A stretch of DNA of 64,000 nt, taken from an uncultured virus (IMG/VR IMGVR_UViG_2860317346_000001). Lineage: Duplodnaviria; Heunggongvirae; Uroviricota; Caudoviricetes. Made by a program: the position numbers and the translations under genes. Numbering within the stretch: position 1 is the stretch's first letter; each line of letters begins with the position of its first letter. A model generated the notes under the pieces. The model did no database searches. It was given only the letters and a program-made list of their open reading frames with translations, and was not told the origin of the DNA. The DNA lies in the IMG/VR virus record IMGVR_UViG_2860317346_000001, positions 62,001 through 126,000 of that record; one strand, 5' to 3'. Positions 42,902 through 53,100 of this stretch are shown piece by piece.

Positions 42902-43887
42902 CTTATAACACCCTCTCCACCTATTTCGTGGTCGGCGTCACCACTTTTGCTAACCGTATCTACATATATGTCCAAAATCGCCGAAAATGTGTTTCCAGTA
43001 AAAGCAATCGACTGTTTTTCGGCTGAATCTAGCTTGATATCGTAACTCCTAACGACGATTTTAGCTGATTCTTTGTAAAAGGATTGCGTCATGTACATAT
43101 CAACGTCTAACGCATACGAATTTGGTAAATCGGACACCATAAATCCGTTCCATTTATTTATTTTATCTTGATATACGTCGTAAACGTACATCATAGTTTC
43201 GGTGGTTCCGCTTTTTACGTTATTAATTGAAACCGTTGACGATTTACTATATGTTATAGTTTTAATGTCTAAATCTTTATTAATCACTATACGCATCGGA
43301 CAAAAGTCGTAATCGTACCAATTTGATATATCATAATCACGATACACAGCTTCGATTTTGGGTACAACGATTGTAACCTCACACGTGTTCGCGGCATTAA
43401 TATTCAGCGTAAAAGCTGCCGATTCGAGTATACTATTGTCTATTCTATAATATACCCACGCATCTTTAGATTTTGAGTATTGTGACGTAGGTACGTATAA
43501 TGTAGAATTGTACCAGAAATTTTCATCCATAAACTGATAATGAAATGGTAACGAAAGTGTCATCCTAACGAATGTTTTACCGTAATTCTTATTACGCGAA
43601 TATATCTGCGAATTAATGTAATTGACCGACATTGTGTCTTTAAATACGTTATACATGTCTAAATCGGTTGAATACGTGAATGTATCTGGTTGGTTGATTA
43701 ATCTGGATTTTGGCTGTATCATGTTATCCGAATTTTTAACTACGTCAAAATAAGATGAACTGTACGGTATAACATTCTGATACTGCTGTTCCAGATGTTT
43801 GTTGTTATCATTAACCGCAAAAATCGTATTCTTCGATATAGACACGTTACTTATTTTTTTAGCCGGAAGAATACCGTTCAATAACAT
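42892..43887 (-). CDS. putative tail protein (distal tail-like)
   Basis: ~330 aa between tail chaperones and TMP; start refined to ATG 43887. Confidence 0.45.
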   Translation of the reverse strand: MLLNGILPAKKISNVSISKNTIFAVNDNNKHLEQQYQNVIPYSSSYFDVVKNSDNMIQPKSRLINQPDTFTYSTDLDMYNVFKDTMSVNYINSQIYSRNKNYGKTFVRMTLSLPFHYQFMDENFWYNSTLYVPTSQYSKSKDAWVYYRIDNSILESAAFTLNINAANTCEVTIVVPKIEAVYRDYDISNWYDYDFCPMRIVINKDLDIKTITYSKSSTVSINNVKSGTTETMMYVYDVYQDKINKWNGFMVSDLPNSYALDVDMYMTQSFYKESAKIVVRSYDIKLDSAEKQSIAFTGNTFSAILDIYVDTVSKSGDADHEIGGEGVIRWL

Positions 43888-43930
43888 GCTACATCTACCT
43901 GAAATTTGATTAAAATAAAAAAAGAAAATA

Positions 43931-44239
43931 TTATAACATATCAATACCTAACATCCGAGATAACTCGTCGGGGTCCTCAACACCAACAAACTCCGCGATA
44001 TCGGGTATATCACCGTGGGGTTTCTGTACTTTAGCTGCTAACTCAGAAAAGTGTGTGTAAAATTTAATGTCAAATAATAAACCACGTATATCATTTTTGA
44101 GACCGACAACATCAGATGGTCGTAATTTAGTCTTTTGACAGATTAAATTAACACCATCAGCTATCGATGACCTCAAAAACCTTTCCGTACGGTTATTTAG
44201 TTTTTCTACGCTGTTCTGGAAATAAGTTAGATACGCCAA
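43931..44239 (-). CDS. tail assembly chaperone, frameshift-extension (T-like) part
   Basis: No RBS before its TTG; overlaps upstream ORF in +1 frame; ICQKTKLRPSD resembles T-part motif. Confidence 0.55.
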   Translation of the reverse strand: MAYLTYFQNSVEKLNNRTERFLRSSIADGVNLICQKTKLRPSDVVGLKNDIRGLLFDIKFYTHFSELAAKVQKPHGDIPDIAEFVGVEDPDELSRMLGIDML

Positions 44240-44663
44240 TGATTGAATCGATTACATAGTGTAATTCGAGAACACTCAACGGGTTAACTGTAGGGTCAAG
44301 TGAGCTTAATGCCGTTACATCAAACTTAATATCACTTTCTGGTAAGACCTCAACGTATTCATGAAGATCGGGAAGTAATATTTCAAAGACTTCTTTGTTT
44401 GTACGTCCGCCATTTTGCATGATATCGAGTATCTCAGCAGATATCATAATGTTTACAGGTTTTACTTTCAGAATTAACAGTTTATCCTGACGATAAAATA
44501 TTCTTACATCGTCCCTATCGTATATTTTAAGTCTAGGGTCGTTTTCTTGTTTTGATTCAGATTCAAGTTTGGCGTTAGGGTTTACGGATTCTGTGTTCTC
44601 AGTAGCTTCAATGTTGGCTGATGTTTCGGGGACGTTTTTATCTACCTTTTTCGGTCTAGCCAT
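44193..44663 (-). CDS. tail assembly chaperone (G-like)
   Basis: 156 aa, AGGTGA RBS; ends NLFP at candidate slip site TTA TTT CCA. Confidence 0.55.
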   Translation of the reverse strand: MARPKKVDKNVPETSANIEATENTESVNPNAKLESESKQENDPRLKIYDRDDVRIFYRQDKLLILKVKPVNIMISAEILDIMQNGGRTNKEVFEILLPDLHEYVEVLPESDIKFDVTALSSLDPTVNPLSVLELHYVIDSIIGVSNLFPEQRRKTK

Positions 44664-44674
44664 AGTTAATCACC

Positions 44675-45253
44675 TTATTTTTTACTTTTGGGCTTTTTAC
44701 CATTTTTTTCTGTTTTAGATTCGGGGGTTTGCGGTTCAAGTTCATCAGCAGCGGATTCTTCTGGTTCTTGTTCCGGTACTTCCGGTTCAACAGGGTCTAC
44801 AGGAGTCTTTTCAGAGAACTTAACAGGCTCCTCTTGCATGGGAGATTCATTCACATCATCAAATACAATGTATAACGCTTTCGAAACCAATCCAGCACAA
44901 TTAGCGTCTTCGAGTTCGATTGTAACGAGGTCCATATCTTCTTTAATCTGTGTGATTGTTTCTTTAAGTGGTATTGGTCTCTTAGATTTGAATATATGGA
45001 TATTATCTTCGATAATTTTAAGTGGGCCGATACCATCGTGTGTTAACGATTTTTTACCTACGATGTTACCGGATGCAGCTAATCCGATTCCGATCGCTGG
45101 ACCTTTTACCGGGGTTACTGATTTTACTCTAACACCCATTGGTTTGAGTTGTCCGATGTCAATACCGATAATTTTGTCACCCGGTCTTATCTGACCAGCT
45201 GGTAAAATGTTTTTTCCGTATACTGTAGTATTTTTTCCAATAGTAAATTTCAT
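44675..45253 (-). CDS. degenerate Hint-fold protein with acidic/Pro-rich tail
   Basis: TIGKNTTV...IRPGDKI...VRVKSV and LVTIELEDA resemble Hint blocks; catalytic Cys1 and terminal His-Asn absent. Confidence 0.5.
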   Translation of the reverse strand: MKFTIGKNTTVYGKNILPAGQIRPGDKIIGIDIGQLKPMGVRVKSVTPVKGPAIGIGLAASGNIVGKKSLTHDGIGPLKIIEDNIHIFKSKRPIPLKETITQIKEDMDLVTIELEDANCAGLVSKALYIVFDDVNESPMQEEPVKFSEKTPVDPVEPEVPEQEPEESAADELEPQTPESKTEKNGKKPKSKK

Positions 45254-45260
45254 GTTTAAT

Positions 45261-46802
45261 TCACCGTTTAATTGTATAAGCTTTCGACACCGTCATTCTA
45301 CGTCTTCTAGGTGCCATGTTTTCATTAGCTAATGTATAAGCTTGTACGACCGCATCGGCAATATCTTTCGAACCCATTTTAGGGTGGTCGACACGTTTGT
45401 CGTTAATTAATTCGAGGTCACGTAACTCTTTATATAACTTGTCGTGATATGCGACTGAAACCTTACCGAAATCGAGTGAACCCTTAAAGTCCTCGTACTC
45501 TTTACGTAGTACATGTCTTACATCAAACTGGTACACACGCTCAGATATACGTTGCAGCAATTCAGCATACATGTAAATATCCGTTGAACTCGCGACAATA
45601 TTTGGATATCTATCAAACAAATCACCATAAACATAATTGTTTACAGCTTCCGCATCTAACAGTTCACCTTTTTTAGATTTAATGACGTCACCATTTTCAT
45701 CCTTTAACCGTTCATTAAACGTAGTTACACCGTCAACAATGACGTTACCGGTTAGGTCGTCAACACGACTTAAAGCGATACCGAATTGGTCACCCTTGAT
45801 TGCGGGGTCCAGACCTAAATATCGAATGTGTTCGTCGCAATGATTATCATCGTGTAGAATATTTTCCATTTCAAGTGAAAGGTTAATATCTTGGTTAGCG
45901 AACAATTTTTCTTTCATATTAGTATAGTCAACGTATCCGGGTTCAGCTGCGAAATCTCTTAAGAAAACACCTTCATCTGAACAGAAGGCACGAAGTTTCT
46001 CTTCGGATTCGTACGGGTTCATAACCCAAGTAGGTTCCTTATACCATACAGATAATGGTAATTTACCACTTTTAGCTTCCTCAATTTTTGATGTAATCGG
46101 ATCACCAACGTATACCGGCGAAGATAAGGCTAGCACTTTACCAAACGTATCCATCGTCATCGTAGATGCTGAAAGATACTTAAACAAGTAATTAGCACCA
46201 TCTGGTCCAGCTTCTGAATTTTTCATGTGACCGAACTCATCTATCGCAACGAATGCAGCGGTCCTACCAACCAGACCTGAAGCGTGTGATGGACCACACA
46301 AAACGTTAAGATTACGTCTGAACTTCAAGTGTCCGATGGCACTATCCGGTTTATAGTTTTCGTTAGCAAACATCCCACCACGTTCTTGGTTATCCTTGAT
46401 AATCGTATCGATACGTGTGAATAATGTTTGTAATGCTTGTTGTTCGGATTTCGCCGAAACAATCCAATATAAACCACCGGATTTAACGTTAATAGGTTTC
46501 TTGAGAACCTCAGTAGCCCACTTCTCAATATCATCGAGAATGAGAAATCGGTACAAATGGTATAACGCCATTAAACTTACGAGCGTAGATTTACCACTAC
46601 GCATCCCACACAGCAGAACCAGATATTTGTATTTATCGATTCCTGCGTCGTCCTGTTTAAAAAATTCCCTAATTATTTCAGCTTGTTTTGGGAATTTACT
46701 TAAATCAAACCCACACTGTTCTTTACAAAACAGTAACGGGTCCAAATCATACTTTAATCGCTCGTGTATTGTGAGCGAAGTATCCGTGTTTTCTTCAACC
46801 AT
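45261..46802 (-). CDS. terL: terminase large subunit
   Basis: Walker A GMRSGKS, Walker B VAIDE, nuclease GLDPA..GD, DHP...SKDIADA. Confidence 0.95.
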   Translation of the reverse strand: MVEENTDTSLTIHERLKYDLDPLLFCKEQCGFDLSKFPKQAEIIREFFKQDDAGIDKYKYLVLLCGMRSGKSTLVSLMALYHLYRFLILDDIEKWATEVLKKPINVKSGGLYWIVSAKSEQQALQTLFTRIDTIIKDNQERGGMFANENYKPDSAIGHLKFRRNLNVLCGPSHASGLVGRTAAFVAIDEFGHMKNSEAGPDGANYLFKYLSASTMTMDTFGKVLALSSPVYVGDPITSKIEEAKSGKLPLSVWYKEPTWVMNPYESEEKLRAFCSDEGVFLRDFAAEPGYVDYTNMKEKLFANQDINLSLEMENILHDDNHCDEHIRYLGLDPAIKGDQFGIALSRVDDLTGNVIVDGVTTFNERLKDENGDVIKSKKGELLDAEAVNNYVYGDLFDRYPNIVASSTDIYMYAELLQRISERVYQFDVRHVLRKEYEDFKGSLDFGKVSVAYHDKLYKELRDLELINDKRVDHPKMGSKDIADAVVQAYTLANENMAPRRRRMTVSKAYTIKR

Positions 46803-46803
46803 A

Positions 46804-47115
46804 TTATTCTAAGCCACTCAAGAAGTTATCAATTGAGTTCTGAAGCACCTCCGTGGGAATGAAATAATATTTCGGTGGTAGTACAACCACACGTGATAAA
46901 TGTGGTGAAGCCGTTTTCGCTAAATCCGGGTGTTTTGTACGCAATTCATCTAACGTCATACTAGTTACCGGACACATCAGAGTTTTATCAACCACGATTT
47001 GTTTCCCATTCATAATTACTAACCATTCTGACATTGATTTATTGAAACCAACGTAATACGTCCCATGTTCAAGAAATAAATAAATAGGTAAGTCTTTATC
47101 GATTAGATAAGACAT
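46804..47115 (-). CDS. hypothetical protein
   Basis: ATG 47115 with GGTGA RBS. Confidence 0.6.
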   Translation of the reverse strand: MSYLIDKDLPIYLFLEHGTYYVGFNKSMSEWLVIMNGKQIVVDKTLMCPVTSMTLDELRTKHPDLAKTASPHLSRVVVLPPKYYFIPTEVLQNSIDNFLSGLE

Positions 47116-47125
47116 TGTATCACCA

Positions 47126-48385
47126 TTAAATTGGAGCTTCAACCGTAATTTGTACGTTAGCTGTATCAACCGAACCACCAGCACCAGTTACCATAGCGGT
47201 AACCGTCCACGTGCCAATTGTATCGAATATTACAGCGGCTTCATAACAGTTATCACCGTTAGGTGTCATCGCTTTAGCTTCAACGTCCGGTGCATCGGAT
47301 GCGATATTAGCTGTAAGAACCGTACCGGTTGTATTTAATGTGAATATCGTAAAGTTACCCTGCACAACAGTAGTTTGTGCGGCATAGAATGATTCGATTG
47401 CAGCTGGTATTTCTTCTTCAACTGTCACGTAACAATTCTTAGTATCTTGATTTACTGCGGTTTGTGCGGTAGCTGTAACCGTGTGGGTTCCGGTGCTATC
47501 GAAATTTAAAACAGCAGACCAATTGGTACCACCACCTTCGTTATACATATTACCGGATTGCACAACAACACCACTTGCATTTTTCACCTCGTAAGTGAAA
47601 GATATCGGAAAACTCCAAGTGTTTGCCACCAATGTGGCTGAATTGTTTATATCACATGGATTTGGCATCACGTACAGTTCATTGATAATCTGCCCCGGTA
47701 CATACGAATCCGAGTAACTACTGTTGTCGGAATAACCACTCTCGTATTCACTGTGGTAATTCTCTGGAAATTCGTCACCAGAATAAACCAATCTATCGAT
47801 TACTTTTATAGCTAACGCCCCACTACCAACGGAAGATGAACCTTTAGTTTTACTAAAAGTAGGATTAATACTACCAACTAACGTGGCCCATGTACCTGAT
47901 ATGTACAATTGTGTCGTTGTATCGAGTACTACTTCACCGGTTGTATTTCCATTTGGAAACGATGCTGCAGTTTTAGCCGTTAATGTCGGTAAACTCCACA
48001 ACCTAAACTCATCTGCGTGTTTTACGTATTTCGATGCAACGTGGGTTTCGACGTGTTTAAAGTATTCATCATGGTCGCTGTGGCTCCCACCTTCTTCACT
48101 TTCTGAATATTCGGAATAATCATTATGGTCTACACATTCCGAGTATGTTTTTTCGTTTTCAACGTAAACACCATCAGCGTAATTACCATAATCTTCGGTA
48201 TAATCACGACCGGGGTTTATGGTTTGGTCGTCGCCGCGCGTTGAATGTGACCCGTTGTAGTCGTCACTGTATAGATTCGTCTTCGAAGCGTGGAAGGAGT
48301 AGTTTACTCCCAGTAAATTCCAAGAGTAATCATTTCCACTTTTACTAACTGATTTTTCAACGGTTGTAGTTTCGGTGTGTCCCAT
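47126..48385 (-). CDS. putative virion surface protein with S/Y/D/H-rich segment and C-terminal Ig-like domains
   Basis: YSDDY/YSEYSE low-complexity; two FDxxGT(H/W)TVTA Ig-like repeats. Confidence 0.6.
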   Translation of the reverse strand: MGHTETTTVEKSVSKSGNDYSWNLLGVNYSFHASKTNLYSDDYNGSHSTRGDDQTINPGRDYTEDYGNYADGVYVENEKTYSECVDHNDYSEYSESEEGGSHSDHDEYFKHVETHVASKYVKHADEFRLWSLPTLTAKTAASFPNGNTTGEVVLDTTTQLYISGTWATLVGSINPTFSKTKGSSSVGSGALAIKVIDRLVYSGDEFPENYHSEYESGYSDNSSYSDSYVPGQIINELYVMPNPCDINNSATLVANTWSFPISFTYEVKNASGVVVQSGNMYNEGGGTNWSAVLNFDSTGTHTVTATAQTAVNQDTKNCYVTVEEEIPAAIESFYAAQTTVVQGNFTIFTLNTTGTVLTANIASDAPDVEAKAMTPNGDNCYEAAVIFDTIGTWTVTAMVTGAGGSVDTANVQITVEAPI

Positions 48386-48394
48386 TTAATCACC

Positions 48395-50104
48395 TTACAC
48401 AACTGAATCCGTGTGTATGTTGTTATACAGCCCAACAAACGTTGTATCTAACAATTCCCACAGAACTTTCGTTATAACCATGTGCATACCAACACCAGCT
48501 GACGCAAGGTTGCTGTAATTAAATACTGCAGGTATCATCAAATGGTACAACATTAACAAGATGTAAACCATATCTAACGTTTCCATCGTTTTTGATGAAT
48601 TATACGCAAATAATATATCCTTCACATCAGGTGCAGTTTCTATCGCGTTTACTGACGCAATAAAGTTATCGCCGCAATCTTCTACGGTCCAGAATCGAAT
48701 ATCATAACTAGTTTCGTATAAACCGGTATATCTATCGGTACCGAGATACGTTTTATTTGGAACCAGAATGATTTTTGACGAATTTGGTGGAATGTAGTAT
48801 ATTGAACCATCAGTATTACCAACATATACAGCGTAGTTAAACGCTGATACGTGCAATTTCATATAACTGAACGTAGGAATGCTACCATTGAATCTTGATG
48901 GCATTTTGTTGACTTCTAACCTATCGATGTATTGTAAAAGTGTGTCAACCGTTTGTATCTCATTAACCAAAGAAAGTCGCAAACTTGTATTACCGGCGGT
49001 GTGACCATTGAGGTAATCGACTGCATCATAGCATTGGTCGGCGAATGTGCTGTATCCCGTCGTGTGCTGAGGTCTGATGTTTGCCACAAGACTGGTACCC
49101 CACGCTCGTGAGTCTTCGTAGAAGTTATCATTCGCAGTAGTTGAGTCAAACATGAAGTCGGCAAACCAAGGACCTATTTTATTAAACGATAACTTGGTGG
49201 ACCTTCGCCTGTTATGACCAAAACGGAGAATACCTTCTAAGGTACTAGCACCAACCGAACGAATACCATTCAAAAAAGTACCATCAGTATATTGTGACAG
49301 GCCCGGTGAATAAGGTTCATCGGTTTGGGTTTCTACAAGCGCTTTATCGGTTTCGTTCAACAGTTGATAATATTCAGCTGCGTTCAGCATGTAGAAATCC
49401 CACAACTTGTCAACGTGGAGAACGGTATTGTTTTTGAATGATTTACTCGGTAAATCGTAGATATCCGCGCTGTACACTTTCGCGTACTCATAAGTAGTAG
49501 ACACGGTTGTAACCGAATCTTGCGTGTACGGTACTTCCGCACCATCAACGCTTATTAAACCAGCTTTATAATGGCCATCTATTGCATAAGAAGTACCGAA
49601 ACTAAACGGTATCTGTGCTGTTGATTTTTTTGGGGGAATAACGTATGTATACACCTGATCACCCAAATTTAAAAGACCATTTGATACAACGATTTCGACG
49701 TAAGCTGGGAATTTAAGGTCATTATTTACAACTTTAACTTTATCAGAATCTAAATCACCATATTCAACCCAAGTTTCGTATACAGTACCGACATCATAAT
49801 CCGTATTGAGCGTTTCAGTTGATTCAGACGAAGCAATTAACGGTTGAAGTGTGTTGTTAATTAATATGTACACATCAACCTTTTTGGACGTATAAATTCC
49901 GTCCCTGTAATTGTTGTAGAGTCTTTTATTCTTGAATGAACGTTCAACGTCATCTGTTTCGGTGTATAATTTGTATCTCACCGAAAACATTTTCACTTTA
50001 ACTGATTTGATTTTGATATTCGTAAATGAAACCGTTCCGTCTGGCGGTGGGAATTCCACGGTGATATCATTACTGTAAACTTCACGTAGTACATTGTCAA
50101 CCAT
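48395..50104 (-). CDS. putative virion structural protein
   Basis: 569 aa within morphogenesis block. Confidence 0.55.
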   Translation of the reverse strand: MVDNVLREVYSNDITVEFPPPDGTVSFTNIKIKSVKVKMFSVRYKLYTETDDVERSFKNKRLYNNYRDGIYTSKKVDVYILINNTLQPLIASSESTETLNTDYDVGTVYETWVEYGDLDSDKVKVVNNDLKFPAYVEIVVSNGLLNLGDQVYTYVIPPKKSTAQIPFSFGTSYAIDGHYKAGLISVDGAEVPYTQDSVTTVSTTYEYAKVYSADIYDLPSKSFKNNTVLHVDKLWDFYMLNAAEYYQLLNETDKALVETQTDEPYSPGLSQYTDGTFLNGIRSVGASTLEGILRFGHNRRRSTKLSFNKIGPWFADFMFDSTTANDNFYEDSRAWGTSLVANIRPQHTTGYSTFADQCYDAVDYLNGHTAGNTSLRLSLVNEIQTVDTLLQYIDRLEVNKMPSRFNGSIPTFSYMKLHVSAFNYAVYVGNTDGSIYYIPPNSSKIILVPNKTYLGTDRYTGLYETSYDIRFWTVEDCGDNFIASVNAIETAPDVKDILFAYNSSKTMETLDMVYILLMLYHLMIPAVFNYSNLASAGVGMHMVITKVLWELLDTTFVGLYNNIHTDSVV

Positions 50105-50120
50105 TATTTACACCGGAACG

Positions 50121-53100
50121 TTATTTAGAATCATTATTTATCACGAGTTCACTTTCTGTTTTAAATACTGTACCGAACTGCGAGTAATATTGTATACCGT
50201 AGATACTGATTTCCGTATCTTCCTGAACGTTCGATAAGAACACGGAACCTATGTCGAAATCACAAACGCCATTAGCGAATGTACAGAGCGGTATAACTCT
50301 ACATTCACCAGGTAGTAAATTATAGGTTTCATAAGAATCCAAATTCGATACAGGTACGGTATCGTTAAACATACCAGCGGGTGTAGCACCGACGTGCAAT
50401 TGGCACGTTTTTGACGCTGCGATGTATAAGAATCTACACAAATCCGTTCTATCGACACCGGGTAGTATAGTAACGGTTTCGATATCTGTTCCAGACGCGA
50501 CAACTTCCGTAGGTGGTAAACCGATATAAAACATAAATCTATTATCGGAATCTTCATTATCATCGGATTCAACGTTTATACGTACTTCCGATGCATTGTA
50601 CGCGCTGTCTACTTCTTTCCATTCACCAGCACAGTTCGATGTTATTTTAACTTTAAAGTCTTTTTTAAGTCCGTCGTACACGGTAGCCGCATCTGTACCG
50701 GTCAAATCCTTTTTATCGGTATAGGTTTCGTTAGCTGCATTGTGTTTCCAAACCATCATTTGTCTACGCGATACAACTTTAAACACTGGATTATCCGGTC
50801 TTAAATCAAATGTAGCGACTTTATAATCAACATCAGTACCACAGACATCCGCGTCTATTGTACTGACCCTGTAACTACCACCTATTTTTGTGATAAGTTG
50901 CTTATACGTGTTTAATCCTTCTTCGGTTGATGTATCAATGATATCATCGCCGAAACGTGGATAAGCAACCTGTTTTACCGAAAATCCAGTTACACAATAA
51001 GTTGAAATGTCAACCGTTATCGGATTTGTAGTAATCGATGGGTACACAAACGACGCACAATCGTCAGGGTTATCTATATCGCACGTAATCGAGTGGTTAG
51101 CATCCTGTGAAGTAGCTATCGTATAAGGTTTAAACGATAACCCGTAGTAGTTTGTTTTTGCAATTTTCATGCTAAATGGGAAATACGAGGATAGCATCTT
51201 GGTACCATCGTCAAGTTTAAACCCTGATAAATCGAACGATACGAGAAAACCTTTATTCGGGTCGGTGTAGACACCTGATAACGTACATGTCATACCATCT
51301 GGGTATTTCATCGTACCTTCGACGATGATATTAGGTGTAAGGTATCCGTAATAATCAATGTTTTCGCTTATGATATCTGAAATTTCATTTTCTAACCACG
51401 TATCGATGGCCATTGGCGGTACGTAAACGTATTCACTCGGTTGTGCGAAGCTCATTAATCGTCTTCTGTATACAAAATCACAGATGTCTATGTTTTTATC
51501 CGTTTTAACATCGTCAAACACAGCCGATTCTAAATAATCGTTTCTATCATCAGCCGTTATAGTCATAGTCGCCAATGAACCATTTACAGATACGTTAAGC
51601 TCATTAGCGAATAACGTTTTACCATTTATCGAAATTTTACAAGGGAATTCCGTTATACCAAATTGACTGGTTATGTTGTTTTTCGTAGCATCAATTTTTA
51701 CAGAACGCTGTATAGTATAAGTGTGTTTAACTTGTGGTTCTGACACTTTTCTTAATTTATCGTACGTTGTAGCTGAAACAACCGTATATTTCTTATTTTC
51801 ATCAGTTACGCTATCGTAAATGGTAGCGTATGGAATTAACATAAACGGTTTTGAACCAAAATTATATGTCGTAAAGTACGCGTTATATAATGATAATTTA
51901 ACGAACGCGTTTAATTCAGTTCTTTTATGCCTTGGTGGTACGATAATTAACCTATCAACGTTCGTAGTACCCAAAGAAACGTCTACAGTTTCACCCTTAG
52001 CGTTAATTTCACTCACACGTATCCTATCCAATAAAATCGCACACATATCGGAATCGTTTTCCTGTACCGAACTATTGATTAAATAATCTGTAATATCACC
52101 ATTTACCGTCGTGTACGCTTTGTCACTATATAATCCCGTATCGTTATCGCGTAAGTACAATTTACAGAAATCAGAACCCGTTTTGTTGAAATCAAGAACA
52201 ACAGCGTATCGTGTAGAAGTTAATTTCAAACACATACCTTGTTGGGCTGAACTTAATACCTGTTTGTTTATAAATTTGATATTGTAGAATAATCCGTTAA
52301 ACCTACCGTTTGATAAATTACAACAGAACGGCGGTAAGTCCTGATTGGTTTTATATAGCGATTTCACGGTCGAATTCAGTATCGGTTTCAATGGTTGTAA
52401 TTTGTTCATTTGTATTAATGATAGTGGTGTGATTGAATCTTCAAGTGTAAACACACGTTTACCGTCATCGCTTACGTGTACGAGGTTAGACGTTACCTGT
52501 GCGTCGCTCACTTCACTCATAGCATCGTACGAAACGTTTGAGCGTGTCCATAAGAATGTATTCATAACATCCGAGTCCAACTCATTGTACATAGTTATAT
52601 CTTCAGCCGTGGGCACAAGTGTTGGGTCACCAGTCTGGTTATTAACACAGTTTAACTTCATCATAGCCGTTTCCCACGAAACTAATGTCGGTAACACCGA
52701 ATCAAAATACAAACCAGATTCGGGTATAAATGGTTGTGCGGATGCTAACTTAGCTGTATTCAACGGATTCAGCATATCAGAGTTATTTTGATTAACCGCC
52801 GCAGTTATAGCCTTATACGTACCATCAACCAATCGTGTTTTATTCTCATCGTAACTGATAATGTTACTTTTGATGTCGGTATACAGAATCGCAGGTTTGT
52901 AAAAGTTTGTAAACCTAGATACTGGTTTATTCGAGCTATCAACACCATCAGCAGCAAATAAACTGAAACCAACGTCGTTTAAATATACATTGTTAACGTT
53001 TCCACTTAAGTCAAATGGGTATAACCGTTTTTTGAATTTGTTTTGTAAAATAACACGATTTTTAGTTATCGCATCGACGAACGAATAATTTGTAATATCG

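Noticed and set aside
44675..46802. Active intein associated with terL
   Set aside because: The Hint-like ORF is separate from terL and lacks splicing residues
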